The position numbers were made by a program, and so were the translations under genes. 59,639 nt of DNA from Klebsormidium nitens (taxonomy: Eukaryota; Plantae; Klebsormidiophyceae). Numbering within the stretch: the first letter of the stretch is position 1; every line of letters starts with the position of its first letter. Below are positions 47,501 through 59,639 of this stretch, piece after piece. Under the pieces are notes generated by a model. The model saw only the letters and a program-made list of their open reading frames with translations. It made no database searches and was not told where the DNA came from. Location: NCBI GenBank assembly GCA_000708835.1, contig DF237488.1:1-59639 (forward strand), given 5' to 3'.

Positions 47501-50500
47501 ATGGGTTTATTTACAAAATGACGTCTGCTTACTTTCGTTTGTAGGGACCGGTACGCTGCCTCCGACTAGCTGCGGGAAGGGTGAATGGAAGGCGGCCAAA
47601 GATTCCAAGAGCGCGATCGATGGTCAACAAGAGACGGGCATCGTCGCTTGTGGATGCCGACACCAAATTGGCCAACGAGCGGTCAACATGATCCGGTAAG
47701 CTTCATTAAGATTCGCCAGGACGACGTACAGACGTAAAGAGGGGGTAGAAAGTCCACGTACGAACAGCACGACGTTGCATGCGACGAAGTTGGCCCTTGA
47801 TTAAGACCGAACCAACCCTTGCTTCGGTCGAGAAAATTCTAACGAGTGTAGCCCAAAGCTTCAAACCGGTAAATACTTTTCTGTGTGACTCCAAGCTAAC
47901 TTGTTTTAAAGTCTCTGACTCTTTTCAGCGACGTGGTCCGCTTTTCCTTCTCTTAGTCTAGAACCTTGATTGAGCTCAGTATTGCTGGCGGCGCGCTCTG
48001 ATTGCGTGCAACGCCTCACACTGTGACGTCGCTTTTCAGTCTTGCATGTCGAGGTGCCAACTGAATAGTCTTGAGCAAATGGTGTGGAAAGGACAAACCT
48101 CAGTGAAGCGGCAATCTTGAATCTTAGCGGGTTAGGTGCAGGGTCTCTGGATTCCCACGGATTCCTGATAGATGCATCTCGTCGAAACGGTTTTTCTCCC
48201 CTTCCTAAACAGGTCCGGTGAGCGCTATGGCTACGCACACTACCTCGACGTCTACTTCATGCAGCAGCTTGGCAGCCTGTCCTTCATTGCCGAGGACATC
48301 ATCTGCAAGTACCAACCATGGAAGGAGTCTATGAAAGGGAAGGTGCCCGGCTGTCCAGTTCCACGGAACGACCAGACAACACGACCGTTCCTGAACATTA
48401 TGCACGGATACCTGCACTCGTGGTATTGCCAGGTAAGGACTGGAAAACACGGCAGAGCGGAAATGCCTTCTAGAGATTTCCAAACTGTAGGCGGCGGCGA
48501 AGAAAGTCTTCAGTGATGGCAAAGCTCATTCCGCATGGTTCGTGATCTGACAGTTGCGTATCCTTGTGGACGGACTCAGTCGCCAGTCACCCGCCTGCCG
48601 GTTTGCTTTGCTATCTACTGTTTTTGTCCAGTTGACTTTGTCCCGGACAGCCCAATCGGTCACGGGTTGATGGCTTTGTTAAGCTCGATCCGGTTGAACG
48701 GGCTTGAGTCGGTTCGAAGCGCCGGCGCCTTCCGGTGCAATCTTGGAAACTACTCTTTGAGCCGTATTCCTCAAGGCCTTCAAAACCGCTTTCCGCCTAT
48801 GAGCAGTTGTCTTCACTAAATCCAATCTTCAACATCAACGGTGAAAAGAACCTGTTCTGTTAACACGGTCTCCATTCGTTGAGGGTCTCGCTTGAACAGT
48901 CCATCGGAAAGCTCTTTCGTATCGGCTAATACGTTTCTGCCTCTTGCCGTAGGTGCTGTTTGGAGGACGTCATCAGGTTGGAGCCGGAGCAGGATCGGGA
49001 GAGGACATGGAGTTGATCTTCGCCTACCTCTCCCTCTTTGGTTCGACGACAAAGAACATGAGCGAAGCAAGTAAGTTTCTCGTCGAATACCGTTGACCTA
49101 TATTGATTGCAAGGACACCACGGGCCTGCCGTCTAATCTAGAGAAACTAATATAACTGGACCTCGAAAAGGATGAGGACTTTTGACGGCGCTCATAGTTG
49201 GCTATTGCGCGCCTTAATACTTGTCCTTGGGATGGGCCGGCCTACCAACGGGTAGAGACTGACTCGTTTCAACATGTTTTATAGTCGCTTAGGGAGCCTT
49301 ATTCGAGACTTGGTCCAAGTATCAAAAAAGGTACTGACAGGAGTCGGGGCCTCTGAGTCGACCGATGTTTTTATACGAAGAGTGTCAAACTGGGCCGCCC
49401 TCTTTACTAAGTCCTTTTCTGTACAATTTTTTGACCCGCGCAAATTGTTTAATGAGTGCCAGCTCACGAGATCCAAATCCTGACGACCTGTTTGCCTTTC
49501 TTACCTGCAGGTCGGGAGGAGTTGCTAACGGAGGCCATACTGGCCTGGAACGAGCGAAAACTTGACGGTCTGGCAAAGTCTTTGATGGAGCGGTACGCGG
49601 CCCTCCCTAGTCGGATCACTGAGGCGAAATTCGAGCTAGAGAAAGTGTGCGAAGAAGTAGTAGCGCTTGTTCCGGGGGCAGATTTTTCTCGAAGTGCAAT
49701 CGGTAGGTACCGAAACGAAGTTAGAATAGCAGCCCAAACTCAGCTTACTCGGAACCTTCGTCATGCGGACAAGGACGAGCTCGATTACTATAAGCTCGTG
49801 GTGGAGGTAGATGCTTCTGAAAAGCTGCAGGCTGTTGCTGAGATGGAGGCGGCTGACGCTCTGATGTGCTCGCCGGAGTTGCACACGATCCGAGAGGTTG
49901 CCCAAAGAGCACGAGAAGGTCTAAACACGAAACAGCAAAAACTGAAGGAGATGGAAGTTAAGCTGCTAAAGAAACGCCTTCAAGGTGCTAGTGAGGGGCC
50001 TATGCGGGTCGATAGGCTCCTTGAAAGCCTGAGCGATGAGGAAAGGTCAGAGCATGTGCAGGCGCTGAGGTTACAGTGCCGGCTGACCTTGGCAGAAGAA
50101 ACACTTGCTTCGTTAGAGAACCACATTGAAGGGCTCCTTCATAGCTTTCTCTCGTATCAGAAGCGTTTGACACGGGAAGCTGACACTAACAAGCTTCGTA
50201 CCAGAATGAAGGAGAAAAAGCGAGAGGTTACAAAGGAGGTCAAAAAAGCGGTTGACGAGTATAACCTGATTAGGCTGGCGACAAACTCGAACCGAACGGC
50301 TAGCCCCGTCCACGTCGATGATATAATGAAAGAGGGTGCGGAAATGCCTTGGGCCTATGCAGGGCTTGCAGGCTCCGCCAACGGCAGACTCGGGGTAAGG
50401 GAGAAACTCAAATTGGTAGAAGCTAACAACATGCTGGAACGTTTATACGAAGAGAAGGAGATCTTAGAAAGGGAAATGAGTAGCTACGTCGGATACTATG

Positions 50501-50985
50501 AGTCAACTAAGGTCAGGCTCGAAGGGTTGATAAGAGAGGTGCGCTCTCTCATTGATCGGTGCAGTAACCCTCTTCGCCCCAACCAAAGTGTTGAGGATTC
50601 GGATGACACGGAACCAGAGAATCTGAGATCGTATGCGGTCAATCTGGAGGTAGCCCGCGACGAGCCGTATAGAAGTGACAGACAATACCTTCGAGGTCTA
50701 GAGGCTACTTTGCTTGCTGCAAGATCGTACATAATAAATCAAGAGCAGGCAGGTCTAGTCGGTCAGGAGTATTTTTTGAGGGTACAGATGGAGGGGGATG
50801 TTAGTGCAATCGTACCTTACTGCGAAGAGTGTAATAGAGTTACGTCACGAGAATTGATGGTCCGGTGTGGCGGGGGCGATCCGAAGCTGGGATGTCGTGC
50901 ATACTGGCACCGTGACTGCCACGATCCTAACATTGAGCCAATAGAAGCAGAAGAACTATGGCTTTGTAGCAATTGTGAGACATGA
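44517..50985 (+). CDS. KDZ transposase (CxC3/Dileera-like Cys cluster + KDZ catalytic domain + coiled region + C-terminal PHD finger), ~1168 aa. Exons 44517-45761, 46526-46823, 47545-47695, 48213-48432, 48953-49070, 49511-50985
   Basis: Exons sum to 3507 nt with no stops. Cys cluster C..GC...AVIRC..C...C..HD...H...H.HDR, GLWP, CPG. KDZ motifs CPAC...VCAVDGNKKLYR, CG..EWKAA, ACGCRH, GERYGY, EDIICKY, PFLNIMHGYLH..YC, GAGAGSGEDME, TKNMS..R.ELLT...WNERK. PHD CEEC...C...C...H..C...WLCSNC. Confidence 0.85.
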
Positions 50986-52182
50986 GGTGACTAACTTTTC
51001 TGTAAAAAGCATGGGTGAAAGCATCTAACGTACGTCTAAACACTTTGTGCAAAGTTTTCAGTCAGGCTTCGAACCACTGCAAATTGAGTCAGTAATCAAT
51101 CACTGGCATGTTGTTTCAATGAAATTGGAGTTCATAATCGGATGTGCAATATACATTTGGAATTTATTGCATGCAACGCAGTCATTTTTTAAAGGCATAC
51201 GTGAGCTTACCGAGTGGCTGCGCCTTCTCACCCAAATGATGGTCATATATAAAGCCTGTATGTTACGAGATTAAGTACATACATCGGAGTCGATCAGTGG
51301 ATACATCTTCAGATCGTATGTAGAGCTTATCATAAGCTTTATATAGATAGTACTAATCATCTTCAAGTTTACTTTGAATTCACTCATGGGACTTCAAAGC
51401 GATGATGTTCGTGCAACTGCAACTTAGACGGAGTCGGTTATCGGTAGGTCGACTTGAACTAGTAATCTGGCATGCATGAGTGATAGCGCGCAGCCGCATT
51501 TATTGACAGGCTCGCAACAATCACTTTGATTTGCATGGGTCCTATGCTGCCTATACTGCCGTGCTATGATTCTAACAGAGGCCGGGCCCCGGCCTAGCTG
51601 CCTATATAGTCTGATTGCATAAAAATTTGATGGACTGCACGACCTGATGTAATTAGTGCGGTTCAAGACTGTGACCTTATACTACTAGTACCTCAGCTAG
51701 GTAGGGCCGCGGCTCCAGGTAGCCAGATTTGTGAGACATATTGACGAACTAGTGATTACTCACATGCCATGCACATGATGCACATATCAACGTTCGATCA
51801 TCATCAAATGGGTACCGGCTATGACACCAAAACCGTTTTTTGTATGGATATGTGACTTTGTCTCACCATAACGTACGTACCTTTAATCCCCATGATGTGC
51901 ATTGAATGGACGAAGCTTGATCAAGGAGTCATGCACTCTCAATCGAGACACACAGTACGTTGTAGTCTGGCTTGCAGTGCAATTTTGCGGCGCATTGCAT
52001 GCTATGCAACCAAGTCAAACGAGCATGTAATCATTCATACGCAAAGCTTGAAGTTTATGTCAAGTCTCAAGACAAAACCTGCAACAATAGAGCAATCACT
52101 TGGGCCAACGAGACGGTCTCACGGTCAAGCATTCAACAACCGTCTACTCCATTTGATTCAAATAAACTGGCTTCGGTTTCCA

Positions 52183-55100
52183 CTAATTTATGTGCAGATT
52201 GTTAAGAGCTTTCAACAAGCGCTGCTTATGGAGCCCTTTGACTCCCATCTCTGAAAGGCCGTCAACCGTCATCTCCTTCAGGTCGTCCATTTTGAACCAG
52301 TGATAATCCCTAAAGACTTCCACGTACTGGGCCATTTGCTGATCCTCGAGCCACTTGACGACCTCCTTCGAAACCATACCTCCTACCTGGGCAGCTTGAT
52401 CTGAGCAATCCTCGCCCGTCGCCCCAACGTCAGTCTTACTTGCTGCCTGCACTGCAGTCTCCTCCGCTATTTTTTTCAATTCCAGGAAGTGAGTTTCTGC
52501 AGTGCTCGCCCATAACTTAACCGCGGCTGCATGCCCAAGAAACGCCTTCCCCGGAGGCCCGGTGGCAAAGACCATAGGGGTCTTGCTTGGGTTGCCTTTG
52601 CCATCCGCGCTGAGAGCAAGCAGGACAAACTCAACCCGTTCTTGATGCTTCATCTTGAGGTTGAGCAGCTTCTGACAGGCTGAGTTGAAATCCGTCTGTG
52701 CGGAGCGACGATAGGGCACACCCTTGTATTTCTGCTCGAGCTCGGCGGCCTTCTTCTCCCACTTCAGCCGCTTGGCGTCCTCTCGGGTGAGCCCGCAATG
52801 CTTGCACGCCCCCCGGATGTGGCCGGGCATGTCACAACCGAGGCAGGGCTGTATGGTCTTCCCGTAGTCCCCCTTCCGCTTCACACCAACGATATCGGCA
52901 GCTGATCCCATCCGTCCATCCTGACCGGCAGGTCCCTAGAAAAGGCGCAAAAGCAAAGGTAAAATCACTAGACTGCCTTTGCAGACTTTGTATAGCCGAC
53001 CTTGTCATTGCAGCTCTCGACATTATGCTCCATCGGGACGTAAAAAAGCTTCTGATTCCTTTCGATTCACACGTTTCGGACTGCACTTTATCGAGGTTTT
53101 TGATCCTCATCGTTTCACAAAACATGGTCAAGTGAAGCGTAGCAGAATCCTGTTCGATTACTGCGTCAGATTTTTCGGCGAGTAAAACATCAAACTTCAA
53201 GGGCCACCATTGGAAAAGGTCGCCAAGGGGACCAAAAATCTGCTCACTTCAGGGTATATCAATCAGTTTCAATGCGAGAAGTTTGCCTCATGTTGGGCTA
53301 TCAACAATCTAAAGTAGACTGTCAAGGAGCTCGTTTGGACAGCCACAAGTATCTCTCCCGCAGCACTTGACTCCTAAACGCTACGTAAATCGAATCTTTA
53401 CCTGATTCATCTCAACGAATGGCTGCTCCGCTTGCGCACCGGGGGCAGTTGGTGGAAGGTTGGCGCTAACCCCGAAGACGCCCTGCCCTTCTTCTTGTGG
53501 CAACTGGGGTAAAGACAGTATTATGAGTTAAAAGGCAGAGGAGGCAGCTTTTTACAGTCTGCTCGATTGAGCAAAGTCACTTCTAAGAGGGCCGTACAAG
53601 TTCCTGACCACACCACAACCAACCACTCATGCGCAACGTCTACATGCTTTTCTGAGAATGGTGTCCAGTGTTTGAAACGCTAAGAACGAAAATGCAATAT
53701 CTCGTTGGAGCACCATGCCTTGCACAACAGACAGATTCTGCCGAAATCCGAAGCTAGCAACGACAAGACCAACCGACCAGACTGCGACAAGGTGCCAACA
53801 GGCTCTTGACCATGCCTGGATTCCTGATTCCAAGACTTGGCACTACTAGTGTAGGGCCAGCCATCTGGTCGGGGTCGCGCATGTCAAAATTTGTAACATG
53901 ATTAGAAACCGAGAAGCAGGAAGCTTACCTCGTCATCCACAGGATTCAAGCCTTGAGGGAAACCATGCGACGGGCTCCAACCAGGGTCCAGCATCGAGTC
54001 GAACGTCAACGGAGAAGCGCTTTTGTCCGCACCTTGGGCCTCGTGCAGAGGAGGTCCCTGGGAGTGTTCCTGGGGTGAGGCGTGACCCCCTTGAGCATTG
54101 TGGTGTTCGTCTTGGGACCGCGCAGACTGTTCGTTTGAATTGCCCGGCGCCGAGCCCCCTGTAGAGGGCGGCCCCGCCTGGGGTTTAGTGGACTGCCCGG
54201 TTGCAGCATCAGGAGCTCCCCCCCCAGTTTTTGGCGGCTGCGTTCGACCGCCGTGCCCGTCGAGCGTGGGAGCGGACTGCCCGGACAAAGCACCAAGCGG
54301 GACGCCTTGAGATGTCGGCCGCCCCCCTGGAGTGCTCTGCTTGGATTGGGGAAATAGGAGTTGCTCGGTTTCAGCGCTGGAGGCATCCTCGGGTGTGCGA
54401 TGCGCCCGTCCACCACCGCAAGCATCTTGAGAAAGACCGGACTGCCCGGTTGCACGACTGGACGGGGACCCCTCACGGGTGGGCTGCTCCGTGCGACCGC
54501 CATGCGTGTCCTGGGGGCGAACAGACTGTCCGGTTGTACCACCGAGTGGGGCCCCCTGGGGTGTAAGCTGCCCGGTTCGGGCGGCACATGCGCTCGGGGG
54601 GACAGCGGACTGCCCGGTTGGAGAACCGGGTGGGAACCCCTGCGAGGTAGGCTGTCCCGTACGACCGTCGCCGATGTGTTGGGGGAAAGCGGATTGCCCT
54701 GTTGCAGTTTCGGGTGGTGCCCCCTCTTGTGTAGGCTGCCCCGTTGGACTGTGGCGCGCGTCTTGTGAGTAAACGAACTGCCCGGTTGAAGCACCCGGTG
54801 GCCCCCCCTGGGTCGTAGGCTGCCCCGTTTCACCGCCGCGCATAGTTGGGGGGGGTGCGGACTGCTCGCCAGATGCGTTGAGCGGAGTCTCCTCAGGTGG
54901 GGGCTGCCATACTGGACTGGTGCGCCCATCTGATGGCAGAGTAGGCTGCCCAGTAGATGTACTGGGGAAGGCCTCCTGTGGTGTGGGCTGCCCCAATTCA
55001 CCTTCTTGGGCGTTTGCGCTTTGAGCGGGGTGCCCTGCTGGACCACCGTGCAGAACTCCAGGGGGATTGAGCTGTCTTGAGAGACCCCCAAACGCGTCTG

Positions 55101-57925
55101 CGGAGGAAGGAAAGTCTGGTTAATCTGGGCTCAAAAACCAGGCGGATTTTTGGCAACATGAGTTGGTGGCAATGTTACTCTTAATAGAGCGCCACTGCAG
55201 CAAATGGAAGCCTGACGACTACGTCGTCTTTTAGTTGTCCCAGTATTGGCCATTGAACAGTTTCAAACGGCTGCCGGATGTCTTATTTGTGGTCGGATAC
55301 AAAAACTTGATGGCCCGCTCTCATAAATTCTGGGTTTTCCACTCTCTAGATTATACCATTCTGAGAAAGGGAAGAACACAAACAAGAGCCACAAGGGAAG
55401 AAAGGAAGACGGAGCCATGTGAGCACAAGGGATTCTCTGATCTTTGCAGGAAAGTGGAGAAACCAAAACCTACTTGTGGCCCAATTTAAGTGATCAATGT
55501 TGTCCTTTAATAACAACCAAGTAGTCTGGCCTGATGCAATACAATGCATCCCTGCATCGTGTGACACAGCTTAGTTCGCCGGTGATACCGACCAGATGCT
55601 AGACGCACCTGCTGAATGCTCGCGGTTTACCGCCTCATCCACGCCGACCCCGATGCTGTCAGCTGGAGGGCTTTGGTTCTCCTGTAGTTGAATACTTTGA
55701 GAAGTTGGTATCCTGCTGCTCATTAGTGCTGTGCTGATTATGCAACAAAAGGTGCAATTTCTGGTCTTGGCAATGCGGCTGATTTGCAGATGGACCGCTT
55801 CACAACCTCCTAACGAGATGGTGTCTTCGGGTGCAAGATACTACTCAGCCTTTCTTTTTGAGTGTTTGCTTTCAGACTCGATAAGCGTAACCAAAAACCG
55901 TTTGCAACCTGCACAACCTGGAACGAAAACCCTTTTGCCCTTAGACAGACTGCATGAACTCTTGCACATCATGTCGTAAGTAAGCCTTGTTCATACTGTT
56001 GTAAGATTGATCTGTTCTGTAGAGCATCTAGTATGATCGCAAAGGGGCAACAGTGACCACCGATATATGCTGATCAGAAACGCGAGTTGCAACCGATCAG
56101 GACTGTTGAGAGAGCATACCTTGGGAAGCCCCTCTGCAGGCGCAGAATGATGGTCAAGTGTCCGAGACGCTCTATCAAAGCCCCCGTTTGTAACACTCGT
56201 ATCCTTGGACACCTGCATCCAGCTTATGATGTTAATCCAGACAAAACCATGGTCAAGACCAACGCTTCAAGCTTGCTTGCCAAAGAGAAGAAACAAGATG
56301 TAAAGGATTGGACAATGCACAGCAACGGCCCAAATGATATTCAGTTTCAACGGCCGGTATCATACTAGAGCAGGCTTTTGACTAGTCGACTTCAACACTC
56401 AACCTTCAAAGCTCACTTCGATGCTTTTCAGATCAGATTAAGCATACCAAAATTCTAATTTGTCCCTAGATATGCTAATCGCGTACCGGTGAGGACTCAA
56501 GTACCAAACTAGTAGCAAAGCACCGAGAGAACTTTGCGAACAGGGCTTCACAGACCTGTCAAGCTTACCCCATAAAGGGGAAGGAACCTGAATAAAGTAG
56601 CATGAAGATTTCTTGTCATAGCTCGTTCATGGTCAAAAATGGTTCTGCGATCTGAGAACTCCAATATCAAGTACACACTCACCTCGCCAGCACTCTCCGC
56701 AGCTGGACCTCCTCCAGGGCCTTTGAGCCCTCCTCCGCTGATATCTCCCTGCAATTAGTTGGAAGGACCTGGTCGTAAGACTTCCTGATCTGTCAGAAGG
56801 TGTTCTTGGCCATTGACATGGGATGCCATGTTTCGTAGACGAGACATAAAGCCAGCTTTGTAGGGAGGCCCTTAGCTTGTGACCTTGCGCTCCGCACTTT
56901 GAAATGCTGTGAAAGCTGCCAACAAACTTTCCGTGACCGCAAGTTACCCCCTTGACTGCACTCCCTCTGGTTAGTACATGGTATAGCAGTCTTACGTTGA
57001 AACATTGTGGCCAACATGTGACGTTTAGACGCAATCTCTCCAACAGCAACATGGCATGCAAAGTTCTGGTGATTCAACATACCCTTGTCTCCTTCAACCT
57101 GCATGTGGGCAACCTGTTTCCAGCAACACTCTTTCCTTGCGCGCATCGCAAATCAGTAACAAGTTATCGGAGAAGAATATTTAGAAAGTCAATGCTTATC
57201 TCCAAAAGAGGCCCTCTGCCCTTTCAACTCTGCCCTTGATTCAAACAAAGTTTCTGCTTGCCAATGGTTTTACGCGTGACTGCACAGTTTCATCCTTGGC
57301 AAGAGATCAATCAGTTTTTAGCGACCTCACCTGTGGCTCTTTGTTTGCCTCTGCAGTTTGAGTGTGAGCTGGCGCCACAAAGGGATCCACGCTCGCAAAA
57401 AGAAGCTTGACAAAGAAGGGCAGAAGCTGGAAGCGCTCCGTTTCTAAGAAATCTTGCAGGCTGTTCTGCGCTGAAAGCTGGAGACTCAGCTCGTGAGCCA
57501 CCTTCTCATCTAATAGATGCAAGTCTAGCACATACTCCAAAAGGTCCTGCCAGTCTTCCGGCTTTAAGCTCTTCAGCCCCTCCTTTTCCAACATATCAGC
57601 ATTGGCCAGCCACGTTGCAGGACTCTTCTGCAGCTTCCGAAAGCCTCGGAAAACCCCAAGAAGGACCCGGTTGGCTTGAACCTTGAGCTCACGAGGATTT
57701 TCATCATTGTCAGCATGATAGACAAGAGGGACAGGATTAAACCCAGGCGGAATGTCCTTCTTCCACTTTGCCTGCCTGAAAGGCGTAATGTGCTTCACAT
57801 AGCTAGCTTCAATGTCTTTGACTAGCTTAGAATCCTCAGCCTGCAACCTTCTAGTCCTCAAGCTTGTAGATTTTCCTGTGCCTTCCGCCGCAACTCCAAG
57901 AGCAGCCATCAACTCGGCCCTGATT
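52183..57925 (-). CDS. Putative multi-exon accessory protein of the element. Best-supported exons: 57925-57331, 55107-53929 (Gly/Pro/Thr/Gln repeats), 52935-52183 (CCHC zinc knuckle + C-terminal SAM). Several small candidate exons lie between; linkage into one gene is inferred
   Basis: Knuckle CLGCDMPGHIRGAC (CX2CX4HX4C). SAM-like VVKWLEDQQMAQYVEVFRDYHWFKMDDLKEMTVDGLSEMGVKGLHKQRLLKAL. Open exons have cag/tag acceptors and GTAAG/GTGAG donors on the - strand. A small exon near 55610-55685 is phase-compatible with the 55107 acceptor. Confidence 0.5.
54100..54960 (-). repeat. Coding tandem repeat, 84-bp (28-aa) period, about 10 diverged units
   Basis: GACTGCCCGGTTG-like motif recurs near 54190, 54275, 54440, 54523, 54607, 54691, 54775 and 54859; peptide unit TGQPTxQGxPPGxxTGQS. 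Confidence 0.85.
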
Positions 57926-58654
57926 CTGCAGACAGGCAGGCTGCCCTCACTGAAGTAGGGACGCTACAGTATGGAACACCAATGCGGCTGGGCTGGGAAT
58001 GCGGTGAAAAACTGTTGGCCAGGTCCTGTGCAGCTGCTTCAATGCTGTCCTTGCTGTTCTCCTGACGGTGGAAGTCTCTGTCTCCTGCTTGCCTGAAAGT
58101 GCCAATGGCAACAGTTCCTGCAATTCAAATCGTTTCGCGCCAGATTCAATCCGCCAGGGCCCAGCTGACATCAGTTGTCTCACCGTATGTTCGTAGGTTT
58201 GACAAACATCGCTTGCACTTATGTCTGCAGAAGGAAACAGATAAGCGACGCCATATGTTCGATCGGACGACATTTAAGTGGCGTCTTTCGGCGCTTGCAG
58301 CCTTCCGGTTTGATTCTTGATGGACACTATGTATTCACGGATGACCAATTTTAGTTAGCTTATGTTAAAAAGGTAGACAGATATCATCACTACAGTCTGA
58401 AAGCATATGTGCTGAGGAGCCCATATTACAGAATGGTTATGTAAATCACGAATACTTGTATTAAGCACCCTCTGTTTGCATATTGAACATATTACCGGAC
58501 CAAGTCAAACGTTTGCAACTTCCTTTGGCTTCACTCCCGGCAAGGCCGCACTTGGCGGTGTGAGGATGGTGCCAAGATGTTGTGCAGGGCTACATACGGC
58601 ACCACATACAACGTGTCCCCGGTGCACATATCGATACTGCCCCCATACCGCCGG

Positions 58655-58997
58655 GATATGTGACCATATCAACACATGACAGTATGCTGTACAAACATAT
58701 GATGCTGCATGCCTATGTATGGTTTCTGTACATAAGGGTATGAGAATGGGTTGCGCACCCGGGTGCTCGAAAATTTGCAAATTCCTGCACCCGGCCCTTT
58801 GGCCGGATGTCGATCGAGAAAAGGGGTGTCGCTGACGCACGAGGGGAACGATGATGGCGGCAAGTTGCCGATCGAGCGGTTTCCACTGTGAGTACACGCA
58901 TTGTACACTCAGCGTACGCTTGATCAGTACAAAGTAATGACGCAAGGTGACGTACTGAAACCCAGACCCGGGACCCGGGACCCTATGCGGTCTGAAT
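58655..58997 (-). repeat. Right inverted-repeat arm of the KDZ element
   Basis: Inverse of the left arm (90% identity over 82 bp); ends in TGAAACCC...GGTCTGAAT. Confidence 0.8.
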
Positions 58998-59639
58998 CAG
59001 GGGTTCTGGCGGGGCGCCAAACGGGGCGCAGAGCGCCCCGGGGCAAATACTGGCGCCCCCGGGCGGAAGCCCGGGGCGCCAGAGCGCCCTGGGCCGCAGG
59101 CCCCGCCTACTTTTGGAAAGTTAGATTTGCAACCTATCATTCAGGCCGCCTCAACCGGGAACTCTGATGATCTCTAAGTACAGATTATCAGAGCATTGCC
59201 TGCACATACAATCAGGACACAAGGAAGCCCATATAGTTCCATTATTGGGGATAAGCACTCACAATTGACTGAAAACGCGACGGATTCCAGGTCGAGCCCT
59301 CTACACATACAGGTAGCCGAGTCTGATGCTTTAACCATTCATGATTCATCTGCAAAAAACTGCTTCAATAAGAGCAATTGTTCCTGTAGTAGGTACGGTA
59401 CTTGCTTTGGATAGGGGGGCACAGATTTGGGCACGGATTTTTTTGACTTTGTGCCCACTGCCGACTGCTTGTACCGTTGACAAAAGCCCAGGACCGGTAT
59501 GCACGAATTCGGCTCGGTTAAACACAGCTTTCGCCGGAATACCCATTGCACCCGGGCGCTGGCGCCCGGGCTTGGGCGCCCCAAGGAAGCTGGTCGGCGC
59601 CCCGGGGCGAAGCCCAGGGGCGCCACAGCACCTCCGGGC
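58998..59639. mobile_element. Probable small non-autonomous DNA element (hAT-like CAGGGG start) running off the window edge
   Basis: Begins CAGGGGTTCT. GC-rich GGGGCGCC arrays at 59010-59105 are mirrored by inverted GGCGCCCC arrays at 59550-59639 (aagcccggggcgccagagcgccc versus reverse-complement aagcccgggcgccagcgccc). Confidence 0.5.

Larger units (their letters stand above)
43619..58997. mobile_element. ~15.4-kb KDZ-superfamily (Kyakuja-Dileera-Zisupton) DNA transposon with two convergent genes
   Basis: Transposase CDS is enclosed by inverted repeats: 43751-43832 matches the reverse complement of 58672-58753 at 74/82 nt. Terminal motif ATTCAGACC...GGGTTTCA at 43625-43656 is mirrored at ~58956-58997. 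TSD cannot be seen because the right end abuts another element. Confidence 0.75.

Noticed and set aside
54006-55091. 361-aa alternative-frame ORF on the - strand
   Set aside because: Shadow of the 84-bp repeat exon; the other frame has compatible acceptor and donor sites.

Overview
Eukaryotic, intron-rich genomic DNA. The gene set and splice signals suggest a streptophyte green alga, possibly Klebsormidium-like (inference). All models were built by hand from GT-AG junctions with reading-frame checks. Genes in order: a PAH-like terminal exon (+); HGH1 (-); a receptor-like kinase with two 12-Cys SPARK-like ectodomains (+), followed by a second copy of its last four kinase exons; an intronless YdcF/DUF218 gene (+); ALG9 (-); a DUF1365 gene with a U12-type intron (+); and DCAF11/WDR23 (+). 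The last quarter is a ~15.4 kb DNA transposon bounded by long imperfect inverted repeats. It encodes an apparently intact spliced KDZ (CxC3/Dileera-like) transposase with a C-terminal PHD finger, plus a convergent multi-exon gene (84-bp repeats, CCHC knuckle, SAM domain). A 382-bp hAT-type MITE with an 8-bp TSD is also present. The most unusual recurring signal is that three unrelated housekeeping genes carry intronic tandem copies of '3' splice site + first 60-80 nt of the next exon'. In two of them the copies differ from the real exon mostly at synonymous sites. Family assignments come from recalled motifs, not database searches.
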